Shown: positions 33,051 to 47,354 of the stretch, one piece after another | Layout: every line of letters begins with the position of its first letter | Numbering within the stretch: the first letter of the stretch is position 1 | NCBI RefSeq assembly: GCF_009914755.1 | Contig: NC_060927.1 | Source: the human T2T-CHM13v2.0 reference genome, Homo sapiens | DNA: 64,000 bases | Direction: 5' to 3' (one strand) | Position numbers and translations under genes: made by a program | The notes under the pieces: generated by a model | What the model was told of the DNA's origin: nothing | Databases searched by the model: none | What the model saw: the letters and a program-made list of their open reading frames with translations, nothing else

Positions 33051-33842
33051 AATATACAAAACAACCTAAAAACAACAGTATGACAGAAACAAAACCTGAC
33101 ATACTAGTAATAACCTTAAATGTAAATCAGTTAAATATTGCATTTAAAAGATATAGACTGCCTGATGGGTAAAAAAACATAACCCAACTGTATGCTAACT
33201 ACAAGAAATGCACTTTACCTATAGAATTACAACAAAGAGAAGGGAAAACATACTCCATGCAAAGAGACAGACTCCAATACAATAATAGTGGGGTGCTTCA
33301 ACACCCTACTCTTAAGCATTAGATCATCTAGACAAAAAAAAACAGCCAACAAAGAAACATTGGATTTAAACTGACCTTTGGATCAAATGGGCCTAACATT
33401 AACACAGAACATTTTATCAAACATTTGCAGAATACACATTCTTCTTTTTAGCACACAGAACATTCTCCAAGATAGACCATATTTTAGGCCAAAAAAATAA
33501 GCCTCAACAAATTTAAAGTATCTTTTCAGACCACAATGGGACAATACTAGAACATAATGCTAAGAGGAATTTTGAAAACTATACACACATATAGAAATTA
33601 AATAACATGATCCTGAACAACCTAATTAGGTCAATGAAGAAGAAATAAAAACATTTATTGAAACAAATGAAAGTGGAAATACAACATCTTCAAACCTGTG
33701 GGATACAGGAAAAGCAGTACTAAAAGGGAAATTTATAGCAATAAATGCCTGCTGCAAAAAAGATTTCAACTAAAAACTCTAATGATGCACTTCAAGGAAC
33801 TAGAAAAACAAAAACAAACCTAATTGAAAATTAGCAGAAATA

Positions 33843-34134
<292 letters not shown>

Positions 34135-34558
34135 TTACCAGAAATAAAGATCAGAGGCGAAGTAAATGAAGTAGAAAGTTAGAAAATAACAAAGAATCAA
34201 TGAAATGAAGTTGGTTCTTCAAAAAAAAAACAAAACTGATAAACTTAGCTAGAGTAAGAGAGAAGACCCAAATAAAATTAGAAATGACGAAAGAGATATT
34301 ACAACTAATACCACAGAAATACAAAACTTCCCAGACACTTATATGAACAATATGCTAACAAACTGGAAAAATCTAGAGGAAATGGATAAATTCCTGGACA
34401 CATACAACCTAACAAGATTGAAACAGGATGAAATCAAAAACCGGAAGAGACCAATAACAGGTAATGAGATGGAAGCAGTAATAAAGTCTTCTGACAATGC
34501 CCAGCACTGGATGGATTCACTGCCGAATTCTACGAAACATAAAAAAGAACTAATACCA

Positions 34559-34710
34559 TAGCTGCATGTGCTGGCATGCTTGTAATCACAGCTACTCTGG
34601 AGGCAATCCCAACTACTCAGGAGATTGAGGTAGGAGGACTGCTTGAGCCCATGAGTTTGAGACTAGCGTGGGCAACACAGTGAAACCCCATCTCAAAAAA
34701 CAAAAACAAA
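34559..34710 (+). mobile_element. Alu monomer inserted in L1
   Basis: FLAM-like arm; TSD-like taatacca. Confidence 0.75.
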
Positions 34711-35974
34711 AGTAATACCAGTCTTTCTCAAACTATTCCAGAAGATTAAAGCATCAGGGATTCTTCCTAACTCATTCTATAAGGCCAGCATTACCCTGAT
34801 TTCAAAAAGAGATAAGGACATAACAGCAACAACAACAAAAAAATTGACAGGCCAGTGTCCCTGATGACTCTAGATGCAAAACTGAACAAAATACTAGCAA
34901 AGTGAATTCAAGAACACATCAAAAAGATAACACACCATAATCAAGTGGGATTTACCTCAGGGATGCAAGGATGGTTCAACATACACAAATCAATAAAAGT
35001 GATACATCACATCAACAGAATGAAGGACCAAAAGCATAGGATCATCTCAATAGACACAGAAAAAGCATGTGATAAATTTCAAGATCTCTTCATGACTAAA
35101 GACTCAACAAACTAGGTATAGAAGGAACATGTCAAAATAAGAAAGGCCATATATGAAAAACCCATAGCTAACATCATACTAATGGAAAAGTGTTAAAGGC
35201 CTTTCCTCTAAGAAATGGAACAAGACAAAGATACCCATTTTCACTACTCCTATTCAACATAGTACTGGATGTACTAGCCAGAGCAATCAGGTAAGAGAAG
35301 AAAATAAAAGACATCCAAATTGGAAAAGAGGAAGCCAAACTGTCCCACTTGGCATATGACACAATCTTATATTTAGAAAATGAAAAGAATCAACCAGAAA
35401 ACTATTACAGCTGATAAGCAAATTGAGTAAAGTTGCAAGATAAAAAAGCAACATACAAAAGTCAGTGACATTTGCCTACACTGATAATGAAATAGCCAAA
35501 AAGGAAATCAAGAAAGCAATTCCATTTACAATAGCTACAAAAATAATAAAATACATAGGAATATATTTAACAAAGGAGGTGAAAAATCTCTACAAAACAC
35601 TGATGAATGAAGTTGAGGAGGACAAAACAAATGGAAAGACATTTCATGCTCACGGATCAGAAGAAGAATGTTAAAGTGAGCATGCTTCCCAAAGCAATAT
35701 ACAGATTAAATGCAATCCCTATCAAAATACCAGTCATTTTTTACAGAAATAGAAAAAAAAAATCCTAAGATTCATATAGAACCAATAAAGAGCTAGAATA
35801 GCCAAAGCAATCCTGACCAAAAAGAACAAAGGTGGAGACATCACACTACCTAACTTCAAATTATATTACAAGGGTATAGTATCCAAAACATCATGGTATT
35901 GGCATGAAAATAGACACATAAACCAACGGAACAGAACAGAAAACACAGAATAAATCCATGTATTTACAACCAGC

Positions 35975-36220
35975 TGAAATCCTAGCACTTTGGGAGGCCA
36001 AGGTGGGCTGACTGCTTGAGTCCAGGAGTCTGAGACCAGCCTGGGAAACATGGCAAAACCATGTCTTTACAAAAAATAGAAATCAGCTGAGCATGGTGGT
36101 GCATGCCTGTCATCCCAGCTACTGAGGAGACTGAGAGGTAGGAGGAGCACTTGAGGCTGGGAGGTCAAGGCTGCAGTGAGCTGTCATCACACCACTGCAC
36201 TCTAGCTTGGGTGAAAGATT
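35975..36220 (+). mobile_element. AluJ in L1
   Basis: Degenerate Alu consensus. Confidence 0.85.
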
Positions 36221-38404
36221 TTTTTTGCCTTAGTCTAGGGAAGACTTTATGTCTAAAACCTCCAGTGCACAGACAACAAAAACAAATGGACATACCTGGT
36301 TATTCCTTCCAGTAACATAAAAAATAGACAAATGGGACTCTATTAAACTGAAATCTGCACTGTAAAAGAAACAGTGAAGACACAAACCTGTTGAATAGGA
36401 GAATATATTTGCAAACATCCTCTGACAAAGGACTAACAGGCTACATAAGGAACACAACAATTTGTGAAAACACCATTAAAAAGTGGGCAAAGAACTGAAT
36501 AGATAGTTCTCAAAAGAAGACATACAAATGGCCAATAAGTACATTAAAAAGGCTCAACATCATCAGTCATCAGGGAAATGCAAACCAAAATCACAGTGAG
36601 ATATCTTATCTCAGAATGGCTAATCATTAAAAGACAGATGCTGGCAAGAAGGCAGAGAAGAGGCAACTCTTACCCACTCTTGGTGGGAATGTAAATTAGT
36701 ATAGTCACTATGGAAAACAGTATGGAGATCTCTCAAAAAACTAAAATTAGAACTACCACACTATCCAGCAAACCCATTACTGGATATCTATCCAAAAGGA
36801 AGGAAATCAGTCTACCAAAAGGATACCCTCATTTACATGTATATTGCAGCACTATTCACAATAGCAAAGATATGGAATCAACCTAAGTGTCCATCGATAC
36901 ATGAATGGATAAAGAAAATGTGGTATATATACACAATGGAATACTATTTGGCCATTAATAATGAAATCATGTCATTTGCAACAACATGGATGGAACTGGA
37001 GGTCATTATGTTAAGTAAAATAACACGGGCACAGAAAGACAAATACAACATGTTCTCAGTTGTGTAGGACCTAAAAACTTGATATCATGGAGATAGAGAA
37101 TAGAATACCAGAGGTGGGGAGTGTGTGACTGGGAAATGAAGAGGCTGGTGAATGGGTACAGACTTAGATAGAATACATCCTAATGTTCACTATTAGAGTA
37201 GGATGATTATAGTTAGCAACAATATATTGTATATTTCAAAATAACTAGAAGCGAGGATTTGAAATATTCCCAACACATAGAAATGAAAAATAACCTGACA
37301 GATACTCATATTACACGTGTAATATGTGTAATACTCATGAGTATTACACATATTACATATTCTATGTATGTGCTCCATAAATATGTAAAACATTGTGTCA
37401 ATAAGAAAAATAAACCAGATTTCATCACTGAAAAAAATCACAATTGAAAAATTGACAAGAGACATTTAACAGACTCAGAATCATAAACCTAGTCACTGGA
37501 AATTGATTCTGAGAAGCAAAAAAGAGAAAGGGATAAAGAAATGTGAACAGAACCTAAGGGACACCATCAAGCAAACCAACATATGCATTAAAGGAGTTCC
37601 AGGAGGAACAAAGACAGGCAGCATGATGGAGGAGACAAGGGCAGAAAACATCAAATTTGAAGAAAGACATGAATCTACAAATCCAAGAATTTCATTAAAT
37701 TCCAAGTAGGATAAACTGAAAGGGACCTGCACTAACACATTATAATCAAACTGTTAAAGCCAAAGAGAGAATCTTGAAAGCAGCAAGAGATATGACTTGT
37801 CACATATAAGCAATCCTTAATAAAATTATCATCAGATTTCTCAGCAGATACCTGGGTAGCCAGGAGGCTGTGCCATGATATATTTAAAGTGCTGAAAGAA
37901 AAGTCTCAGCAAAGAGTTCCATATCTGACAAAACGGTCCTTCAAAAATGACCGAAATTAAGACATTCTCCCAAATGTCTTAATTATTTCGGGAGACATGT
38001 CTCCCAAAATTAAGACATTCTCAGAGAAAGCAGCAGCTGGGGGCGAGTTCATTACTACTAGACCTGCCCTTCAAGAAATTCTGAAGGGAATCCTAAAATT
38101 TAAAATGGAATGCTTCAGATAGTAACTGTAAGCCATACAAAAATATGGAGATCTATAGTAAAAGTAAATACATGGACAAATTGGTTGGTATAAATATAAC
38201 AGACTATTGCAACTTTAGGCTGCTAATGTAATCTCTGTGTTAACCACAGAGAAAACAGTCCTAGAATACAGATCAAGGAAATGAGAATTAATTACAAGAG
38301 AAAAAAAATGGCTCAACACAAAAGGCAGTAATGGAGGAAATGAGGGGCATGACACATACAGAAAACAACGAAATTACAAAGTCGGTCCTTCCCTACCAGT
38401 AATT

Positions 38405-38703
38405 TCTTTTTTTATTTTTTGAGATAGAGTCTTGCTCTGTCACCCAGGCTGGAGTGCAGTGGTGCAATCTCAGCTCACTATACCCTTTCGCCTCCCAGGT
38501 TCAGGCAATTCTCTGCCTCAGCCTCCCAAGTAGCTGGAATTACAGGCATGCACCACCACACCCAGCTAATCTATGTATTTTAGTAGAGATGACATTTCGC
38601 CATGTTGGCCAGGCTGGTCTTGAACTCCTGGCCTCAAGTGATCTGCCTGCCTCAGCCTCCCAAAATGCTGGGATTACGAGTGTGAGCCATTGCACCCCGC
38701 CCA
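38405..38703 (-). mobile_element. AluS, antisense
   Basis: Reverse Alu; TSD ccagtaatttctt. Confidence 0.92.
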
Positions 38704-40579
38704 GTAATTTCTTGAAATGTAAATGAATGGAACTCCAATTGATAGACACATTTACAGAATGGATTTTTTAAAAAGATTACAACTATGTGCTGTCTACAAG
38801 AGACTCATATTTAGATGGAAGGAGATGCATACGTTCAATGTTAAAGGATGGAAAAAACAGTAATCACAGAGAAGTGGCTATGCTAGTATTAGACAAAATA
38901 AGTCAAGCACTGTTTCAAGAGAAAAGGACATTATATATTGATAAAAGGATTAACTTACCAAGAAGATAGAACAATTATAAGCATCATGCATCAAATATCA
39001 GGGCTTCAATATATATAAAGCAAGCATTGACAGACTTGAAGGGAGAAATACTGTTCTACAATAACAGTAAGAGAGTTTCATACGCCACTTTTAATGATGG
39101 TTAAAACAACCTGACAGGATCAATAAGGAAACAGAGGATTTGAACAATGTGATAGGCCAAATGGACCTAACGTACAGATCACCCAACAACCAGAGAATGT
39201 ATACTTTTCTCAAGTGTACATGGATTATTCACCAGAATAGATCATGTTAGGCCACAAAGCAACTCTTAATACATTTTAAAGGGCAGAAATGATAAAGTAT
39301 CTTCTTTAATCACAATGCAATGCAATTAGAAGGAAAACTGGGAAATCCAAATGAACACACTTTTAAGCAACCAATGTGTCAAATAAGAAATCACAAGGCA
39401 AACTATAGAATATCTTGTGACAAATGATAGTAAAATCACAATATGACAAAACTTACAGGATGCCATGAAAGCACTGCTGAAAAAGAAATACATATTAATA
39501 GCTGTAAACACATTTAAGAAGATCTCACATCAACAACCTAATTTTACAACGTAAAGAACTAAAACTAAACCCAAGGCTAGCTGAAGGAAGGAAATAAAAA
39601 TTAGAGCAGAAATAAAGAACAGAAACATACAGAAAAAAAAATCAACAAAACCAAGAGTTAATTTGTCAAAAAGATCAACAAAATTGACAAACCTTTAGCT
39701 AGATTGACAAAGAAAAAAAAATAACTAAAATTAGAGATGAAAGTGAAGACATTACTACCAGTTCTACAAAAATAAAAAGGATCCTAAGAATACCATGAAC
39801 AATTGTATGCCAACAAATTGAATAACCTAGACGAAAGGGACAAACTCCTAGAAACACACAACCTACCAGGATTGAATAATAGAGAAACAGAAAATCTAAT
39901 TCATCTTATGAGGCCAGCATGCTCCGGTACCAAAGCCAGAAAAGACACAAGACAACTACAGATCAACAACCATTATGAATGAATATTGATTCAAACATCT
40001 TCAGTGTAATACTAGCAAAGCAAATTCAACAGCATATTTAAAGGATTATTCACCATGAGAACATGGAGTTTACTCTTAGAATGCAAGGTGGTTCAACATA
40101 TGAAAGTCAGTGCAATGCACCACACATTAACAGAATAGAGGGGGGGAACCACTTGATCAACTCATGCAGAAAAAGCATTCTGACAAGATACAACACCCTT
40201 TTATAACAAAAACACTCAGCAAAATAGAAGTAGAAGGAAAGTACCTCAACATAATGAAGTCCATATATGAAAAACCCACAACCAATCTCATAATAGTGAA
40301 TGGCTGAAACCTTTTCCAGTAAGATCAAGAACAAACAAGGATTTTTTTTTTTTTTTTTTTTTTTGCCTCCTTCCTTCAACACAGTATTTGAAGTTCTAGG
40401 TACAGCAATTAGGCAAGAACAAGAAATAAAAGACATCCAAATTTGGAAGAAGTAAAATCTGTTAGCAAATGACATGATTGTATCTAGAAAATCCTAGATC
40501 CCACACACCCCCCAAAAAACTGTTAGAATAAACAAATTCAGCAAAGGATACAAAACCAATGCACAAAAATCAGTATTAT

Positions 40580-40748
40580 GTGTTTTTTACGAAATGAGGT
40601 CTTGTTATGTTGCCCAGGCTGGAGTGCAGTGGCTATTCACAGGAGCAATCATAGCATGCTGAAATCTCAAACTCCTGGGCCCAAGCAATCCTCCTGTCTC
40701 AGCCTCCTGAGTAGCTGGAACTATAGGCATGTGACACTGTGCCTGGCA
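40580..40748 (-). mobile_element. Alu monomer (FLAM/FRAM-like), antisense
   Basis: Partial reverse Alu. Confidence 0.75.
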
Positions 40749-42063
40749 CTTACACTTTTATATGCCAACATTGAACAATCCAAAAAGGAAACTGAGAAAG
40801 ATCTACTTACAGTAGTACCAAAAAGAGTAAAATACTTAAGAATTAAACTTAACTGAGGAAGACTTGCCCAGTGAAAACTACAAAACATGCTGAAAGAAAT
40901 TAAGACAGATAAATAAATGGAAAGATATTCTGGTTAACAGATTGGAAGACTTACTGTTAAGACAATGCTACTCAAAGGGATCTACAGATTCAATGCAATC
41001 CCTATCAAAATCCCAGAGTTTTTTGCAAAAATAGAAAATTTCATCCTAAAATTCACATGGAATCTTAAATGACCCTGTACAGACGAAACAATATTGAAAA
41101 AAGAATAAAAAAGTTGGAGGTCTCATACTTCCTAATCTTGTAACTTGCTACAAAGCTACAGTAACTAAAAGAGTGTGGTACTGGCATAAAGACTGACATC
41201 GACCATTGGAAAAGAATAGGCCATAAATAAACATTCGTGTATATAGCCAGTGATTTTCAACAAGGTACCAAGATCACTCAATGGGGAATGCAGAGTCTTT
41301 TCAACAAATGGTGTTGGGGAAACTGGATATCCACATGCAAAAGAATGAAGTTGGACCCTTATCTAACACCATATATAAAAACCAACTCAAAATGGATCAA
41401 AGTACCCCCTACCCCCCAGTAAGACCTAAAACTATAAAACTCTTAGAAGAAATCATAGGACAAAAACTTCACAGCATTGTATTTGTCAATGATTTCTTGG
41501 ATATGACATCAAAAGCACAAGTACAAAGAAAAATAAATTAGACATTATCAAAATTAAATACTTTTGTACATCAGAGGACACCATTAACAGTGAAGAGGCA
41601 ACCAAAGAGTCAGAAGAAAATATTTGCACATCATATCTGATAAAGGATTAATATCCAGAAAGGATTAATACCCATAAAGGACTCCTAAAACTCAACAAAA
41701 AGAACCTAATTTTAAAATGGGCAAAAGGATTTGAATAAACATTTCTCCAAAGATTTACAAATGGCCAAAACCACAAAAACACATGCTCAACATCACTAAT
41801 CATTAGGGAAATATAAATCAAAACCACATTGAGATGGCACTTCATAGCCATTAGGATGGGGTTAAAGAAACAACAAAAGTAAAAACAAAATAATAGGTAT
41901 TGGTGAGGATGTGGAGAAATTGGATCCCTTGTGCATTGCTAGTGGCATTGCAAAATGTGGCAGCCAGCTCTTGTGAGAAACTGTGTGGCAATTCCTTAAA
42001 ACTTAAACCAGAATTTTCATATGATATAGCAATTCCACTTCTCAGTATATTTTTAAAATGCCA

Positions 42064-42417
<354 letters not shown>

Positions 42418-43269
42418 TCAGCAAGAAAATGAACAAATAGAGCAACAAGGATTGAACTAGAAAGAAAATATTGGCTCAAATAGGCAAACTAGGGTATGAT
42501 TCAATTTTTACAAAAATGGGTAAAACCAATCACACTGTTTAGAAATACACACATAGTGTGTATAGTCTAAAAGAACAACAAAAAACCCATAAGGGGATGG
42601 TTATTCCAGGAAGGCATGGAGAGGGATACAATTGTATAGGGGCACAATAGTGGCTTTTAAGGTACTGGTAAACAGGTTTCTTTGCTTAAGCAGTGGCTAC
42701 AAGGGTATTTATAATTATTCCTGGAGTACATATGTTTTATGTAAATCTCCTGACACATAACATTTCACAATTTTAAATGTACCCCTGGCCTCAAAAGAAA
42801 AGTGAGCCCTCTCCATGTTTTACTTCCCAGATGGTTTATGCTTTGTAGTCAGACTGGAAAATCCAACAACACAGTGATTACTTTTCAGTCTCATTGAGTT
42901 GAGTTTTCTTCTTTTTCTCAAAATAGCATTTGTTCCACTTTCTCTGTCAGAAATAAGATGGTTCCAGATACTTGATTCACCCAGATGCTTTAAAGACTGT
43001 GGACCTAAGTAGGCTTCTATTGTGACTTCTGGCAGTGACTCTTCTCGTGAAACAACACTCACTGGGTAGGAGTTAAATGTTCTTATGGACTTACCAGAAA
43101 ATATTCATAAATGTTTATCTGGTACATTTTTAAATGTGTTAAATACTTTTTCCATATAGATATGATTGCTCTTCATATCAATAACTAGAAATATTTAACC
43201 AGGAAAAGTTGAGCTCACTTAGAGCCACCAATTTAATAGAACTGTTGAATCCCTGAAAATAAAACACAG

Positions 43270-44525
43270 ACACAGATATGTATTCAATCGAAATATATTT
43301 GTCTAATATCTACAAAGTGTGAACAACTGGTCTTAAGAAAGCAGACAAAAGGCACAAAATTAGTATTACTACAGAGAAGCATTCATGCTATTTGGATTTG
43401 ATAAATATTGGAGTGGCACAGTAAAAAATAAATTAAGCATTCAGCAAAAACCAGATATTTCATTTTTTCCTTGCTTTGTATTTTCGTCACTCCTTTGACC
43501 TCATGTGTAAAGGCTAAAAACTGAAATTTAACTGAAACCATGGAATATTTATGCAGGCGTTATGTATGTTTTAGTCACAGTGCTTTCTTGCAGAGTTTGG
43601 GTTAACCAGAGAGGTGCACTTGAGGAAAAAATAATCCACAGGAAATTCTCTTCTCTTTCCCCAAACTAAATACAAGATTGAGGCTGTGGTTGTGCATGTT
43701 TTCATGTGCATGCATGTATTTAACTTCTAAAGCCCTTTTTCATCACAAAAGAAGTCTCCATATGATTGACTGGTTTTCTGATGTAAAAGAAGCAACTTCT
43801 CAAAAATGAATGACTAGCGCTGTGACCATGAGAGACGGGTGGAAAACTCCTTGGTGGGCCTTGGCTCTTAGTTGTCCCAGAGGTGCTCCATCCTGCAAGG
43901 CTCTGGCATAAATCTTTAACAGCTTCCTGCCAACCCCCATCCAGCAGGAAATACTTGCTTATCTTTCTTGGGCGCGGACAGACAAAACACTGAGGTGGGG
44001 AGGGAGGTGAGAATCACAATAATTTTGAAATGATAACCACCCATACTTCTACCAGGAATGAGCCACTTTCTCCCTTATGGACAGTGATCGGGCCATGCCA
44101 GTTCACCTTCATTTTGACAGGAGTTGACTAAGTGAGAATATCTTTGTGAGTGTAAAACATTTTTGGCAAAGTGAAAAATAGAAAAACTTCAAACTTCATT
44201 GATAAAAAGGAGCTTATGATTACCCACTTTAACCTTGGTGAGTGCAGTATTTAAATGTGTAATCATACTCAGATGTTTACATAGTGCATGTGTGTGAACG
44301 TATACGGTGTGTACACACACGTGCCCCGAATGGCTCTTGAATAAATTCATTCCTCTAGCAGAGTGTGGGGGTGCACTTTTCATAGTATATAATTTCTCTC
44401 TCTCTCATCATTTCTTGGATGCTAATACAAGGTCTCAGTGAATGCCAACAAAACCCTGATACTCTACTACTTTAATATTCCTACAAAAACAGGGCTATAC
44501 TGGAAAGCTCTGCACCTCCACCCCA
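43270..44525 (-). other. OSBPL10: OSBPL10 3'UTR (distal end approximate)
   Basis: Repeat-free stretch after TGA; variant signals AATATA (43294-43299) and AATACA (43279-43284) on minus, followed by GU-rich tgtgtctgtgttttatttt. Confidence 0.6.
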
Positions 44526-44570
44526 TCAGTGTGCTTTCCAGAGGGGATTGAAGTATACCCAGCCATCGCC
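44526..44570 (-). CDS. OSBPL10: OSBPL10 terminal coding exon, GDGWVYFNPLWKAH*
   Basis: Minus-strand acceptor ttcttctcttgcag; phase 0; TGA at 44526-44528; ORP9/10/11-type C-terminus. Confidence 0.93.
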   Translation of the reverse strand, partial: GDGWVYFNPLWKAH

Positions 44571-44684
44571 CTGCAAGAGAAGAAAGGAGGCATTATTACA
44601 TGGAGACCTCTCAACAGGGAAAAGGGGAAGCAAGGATAACCGCAGCCACTCTGTGTGTCTGCCGTGTCTTAATACCTCACACGC

Positions 44685-44897
44685 AGGCCAGGCTGCTGGC
44701 CTCAGTACCCCTCCTCAGCCCAGCTGCTCTTTGGAGATCTAGATGACCTTGACCTTCCTACCCTGGCATGGCAGGAGGAAACCCCAAGAAATGAGCAAAA
44801 TAAAAGGGGAGCTTGGTTGGCTTCCATCGAGACTGATTACTTGGCCAAAAAAAAGAAGCACTTTGACAGTGGGACAAGAGAAAAGGAGAGTAGCTAG
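44685..44897. repeat. 213-bp direct repeat, copy 1
   Basis: Aligns to 47355-47567 at offset 2670; core 79/80 identical. Confidence 0.95.
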
Positions 44898-46532
44898 ATG
44901 AATGGCCAGGGGAAAGAAAAGGCAAGGGTGTGCATACCAGTGACTTCCAGCCCACAGGGGAACACCCAACAAAGGCTCTCTCCAGCAGGCAGTAGTCACA
45001 AACAAATCAGCACACACAAGAAACACCATCAATCAAATATCAAGTGAGAAAAAGGCAAGAATTAAAATGGTATTAATACCATCTAGTTATGACTAGAAGG
45101 CACTATACTGAATAACTGTGCTGGTGTTCAGATGACTCTTATTCCTTACATGTTCCCAGCCCTTCTGTTATGGGCATACTGGCTTTTCTTAAACTCAGGA
45201 AGAACTGTAAATGTTTTTTCTTGTTGTTGTTGCTGTTTAATGCACAGCCTTCCACAGAAGCCAGACAAACTAGCTCTCTCAAGCTACTAGCTCCCTCAAG
45301 AGAAAAGGGAGCTAACCTCACAGAAGGATCTTTCAAGGTTTTACCTCACCTGGGCAGGGCTCCCACACAGGGTCCCCACTCAGTGACCCATAAAGGCAAA
45401 GTCTTCTCCAGGCAGCTTTCCTGTCTGAACCAGAATCCAACCTTGAAATCTCCTTCAGTCCACAGCCTGACTCTGGGGAGAACAGTGGTGGCTTCCTGCT
45501 CTTCCTGCTCTTAACCATGAATCCACCCCAGTTACCTACTATGTTGCCCTAACTCACTTCTCAGCCTCGTATATAGACAGAATAATCCCTCTTTGTAGCA
45601 GAAGTCAGGGGTTACCAGCACCTGGGCTAAGGAAAGCCCACAGATACATTTTGATTGCCTACTGGTATTTAAATTTTTTTAAATCTTTGACCATGCAAAT
45701 ATGAGATTTCTCATAAAAATTTAGATTTCTGGCTCCTCATGAACAACTAGACAATCTGTTTTATCACTGGAAGATGAGTGGCATCTGCCCCAGCCCTCAC
45801 CGGCCTGCTCTTCATTGATGTTGCTGGGTTCCTGTGGGCCTGCTTTAAGACGTGTGGCTCCTACATTTTCATAATTTCCAATTCTGTTCTCAGAGTGCTT
45901 CCCAATCCCTCCACAACTTCAAGAGCATAAGGGCTTCAGCTGGGCACACAGTGCCCTGCCCACTTGCCCAGATATTATTTCTAGCTTCTAGTGTCACATT
46001 TGCAGGTGACAGCAACAGCATTTTAGGCACAGGACTCAGGCTGGCCTTCCCCTGCATGACTAGCCCTTGTGGCCCACAGGAGGCAAAGCTCTGAAAGGCA
46101 ATTCTTCATCAGTGAGGGCTCCAGCCCACCCAGGTGTTGAGATGGCCTGTGAGGCACTCCTCAACTAATTTGTTACTAAAGATGATCTAACAGGTGCCAT
46201 GATGATTTTCTTTTTAAAAATAGAACAGTATCCAGTCTGCAGTCCCATCGCGATCCCTCACAGGCAGGCTGACATGCTTTTCTGACATAGGGATACTGGA
46301 GGGGAAGTGTCAGTTGCTCAGTTCTGCCCTCCAGAAGGTTTCATGAATATTGTGGCAGAAAACCTGTCCTGAAGCCTTGTCCAAAGCTGGAGTCAGAACC
46401 GAGCTGCCCTAGTCCATCCCTTCCCCTGCCTGGTATTTATCCAGTCTTGGGGGCTCAGCAAGAAAAACCCATCTACCCTCTCAGGACAAGTTCTCTCCTG
46501 GGCAAGGGACCAATGACAGGCGGCAGAGTTAC

Positions 46533-46686
46533 CTCCTGGATAAAATATTTGGGCTTCCATGGTGTGCGGAGGTTCTCGCGCTTCCGTTCCTCCACCCGTT
46601 GCTTCTCCTCCAGGTGCCGCTTCTGCTCGGTGGCTGCGTCAATGTCCCCCAGCCGCAGGTATCGGGTCACCTCCCGCCAGAGGTTC
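46533..46686 (-). CDS. OSBPL10: OSBPL10 penultimate exon (154 bp), [51 protein letters not shown]
   Basis: ccccag acceptor and gtaac donor on minus; conserved ORD motif K-x-x-LEEKQR. Confidence 0.97.
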
Positions 46687-47009
46687 CTGGGGATGCGTGG
46701 AGGAGAGGAAACAATCAGCCAGGCCAGCTGGCTGCAAGCTAACGGAACTCTGCCAGGAGCAGCCAGAGCAGCGAGGGGCCGCCAGGCAAGCCCCCTCTGG
46801 GGTAGCTCATCCCAGATACCTCAAAGACCCCGAGAGCCTAGATTTGAACCCAGGGCTACCCAGCTCCACCTCTGTGTTGTTTCTACTCTCCGCTTGTACC
46901 AGGCAGCATGCCTTTCTCAGGGCCCGGAGATTCTGGGAATCAAATCTAATAGTAGTAGTTGGCATTCTGCTACTACTACAAACAACGGTAGCAGGCACAT
47001 ATGGCATTT

Positions 47010-47190
47010 GCCATATTTCTAAGCATTTTACATACATAAACCTCTTTAATCCTCACAGCAACCCAATGATATATTATAGACGGTAGATTCTTATCTCCAT
47101 TTTACAGAGGAGAAAATTTAAGGTCCACATAAGGTTAGGTGACTTGCCCAAGGACACCACACTGGTAAATCAGAACAAGACCTGCTTTCC
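47010..47190. mobile_element. MIR SINE
   Basis: tttaatcctcacagcaacc...ccattttacagaggagaaa...tgacttgcccaagg core. Confidence 0.8.
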
Positions 47191-47354
47191 CACAAGGGAA
47201 CCTGGAATTAGGGGTTAGAGGCTGATGCATGTGTGATGTGTGGGTATTTGTGTGTGCATGCTTATAGTGCGGGATCTCTCATCTCCCCCCATGTCTACAC
47301 AAAGCCATTTCTCTGCTTCATGAATTCATTGTAGAACGCAGCCTAAAGGTAGTG

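Noticed and set aside
44283-44323. Alternating purine-pyrimidine stretch in the OSBPL10 3'UTR as Z-DNA or a hairpin
   Set aside because: Short and interrupted, and common in UTRs; insufficient support.
46447-47086. 191-aa and 175-aa plus-strand ORFs
   Set aside because: Antisense shadows of the GC-rich OSBPL10 exon running into a MIR, with non-ATG starts.
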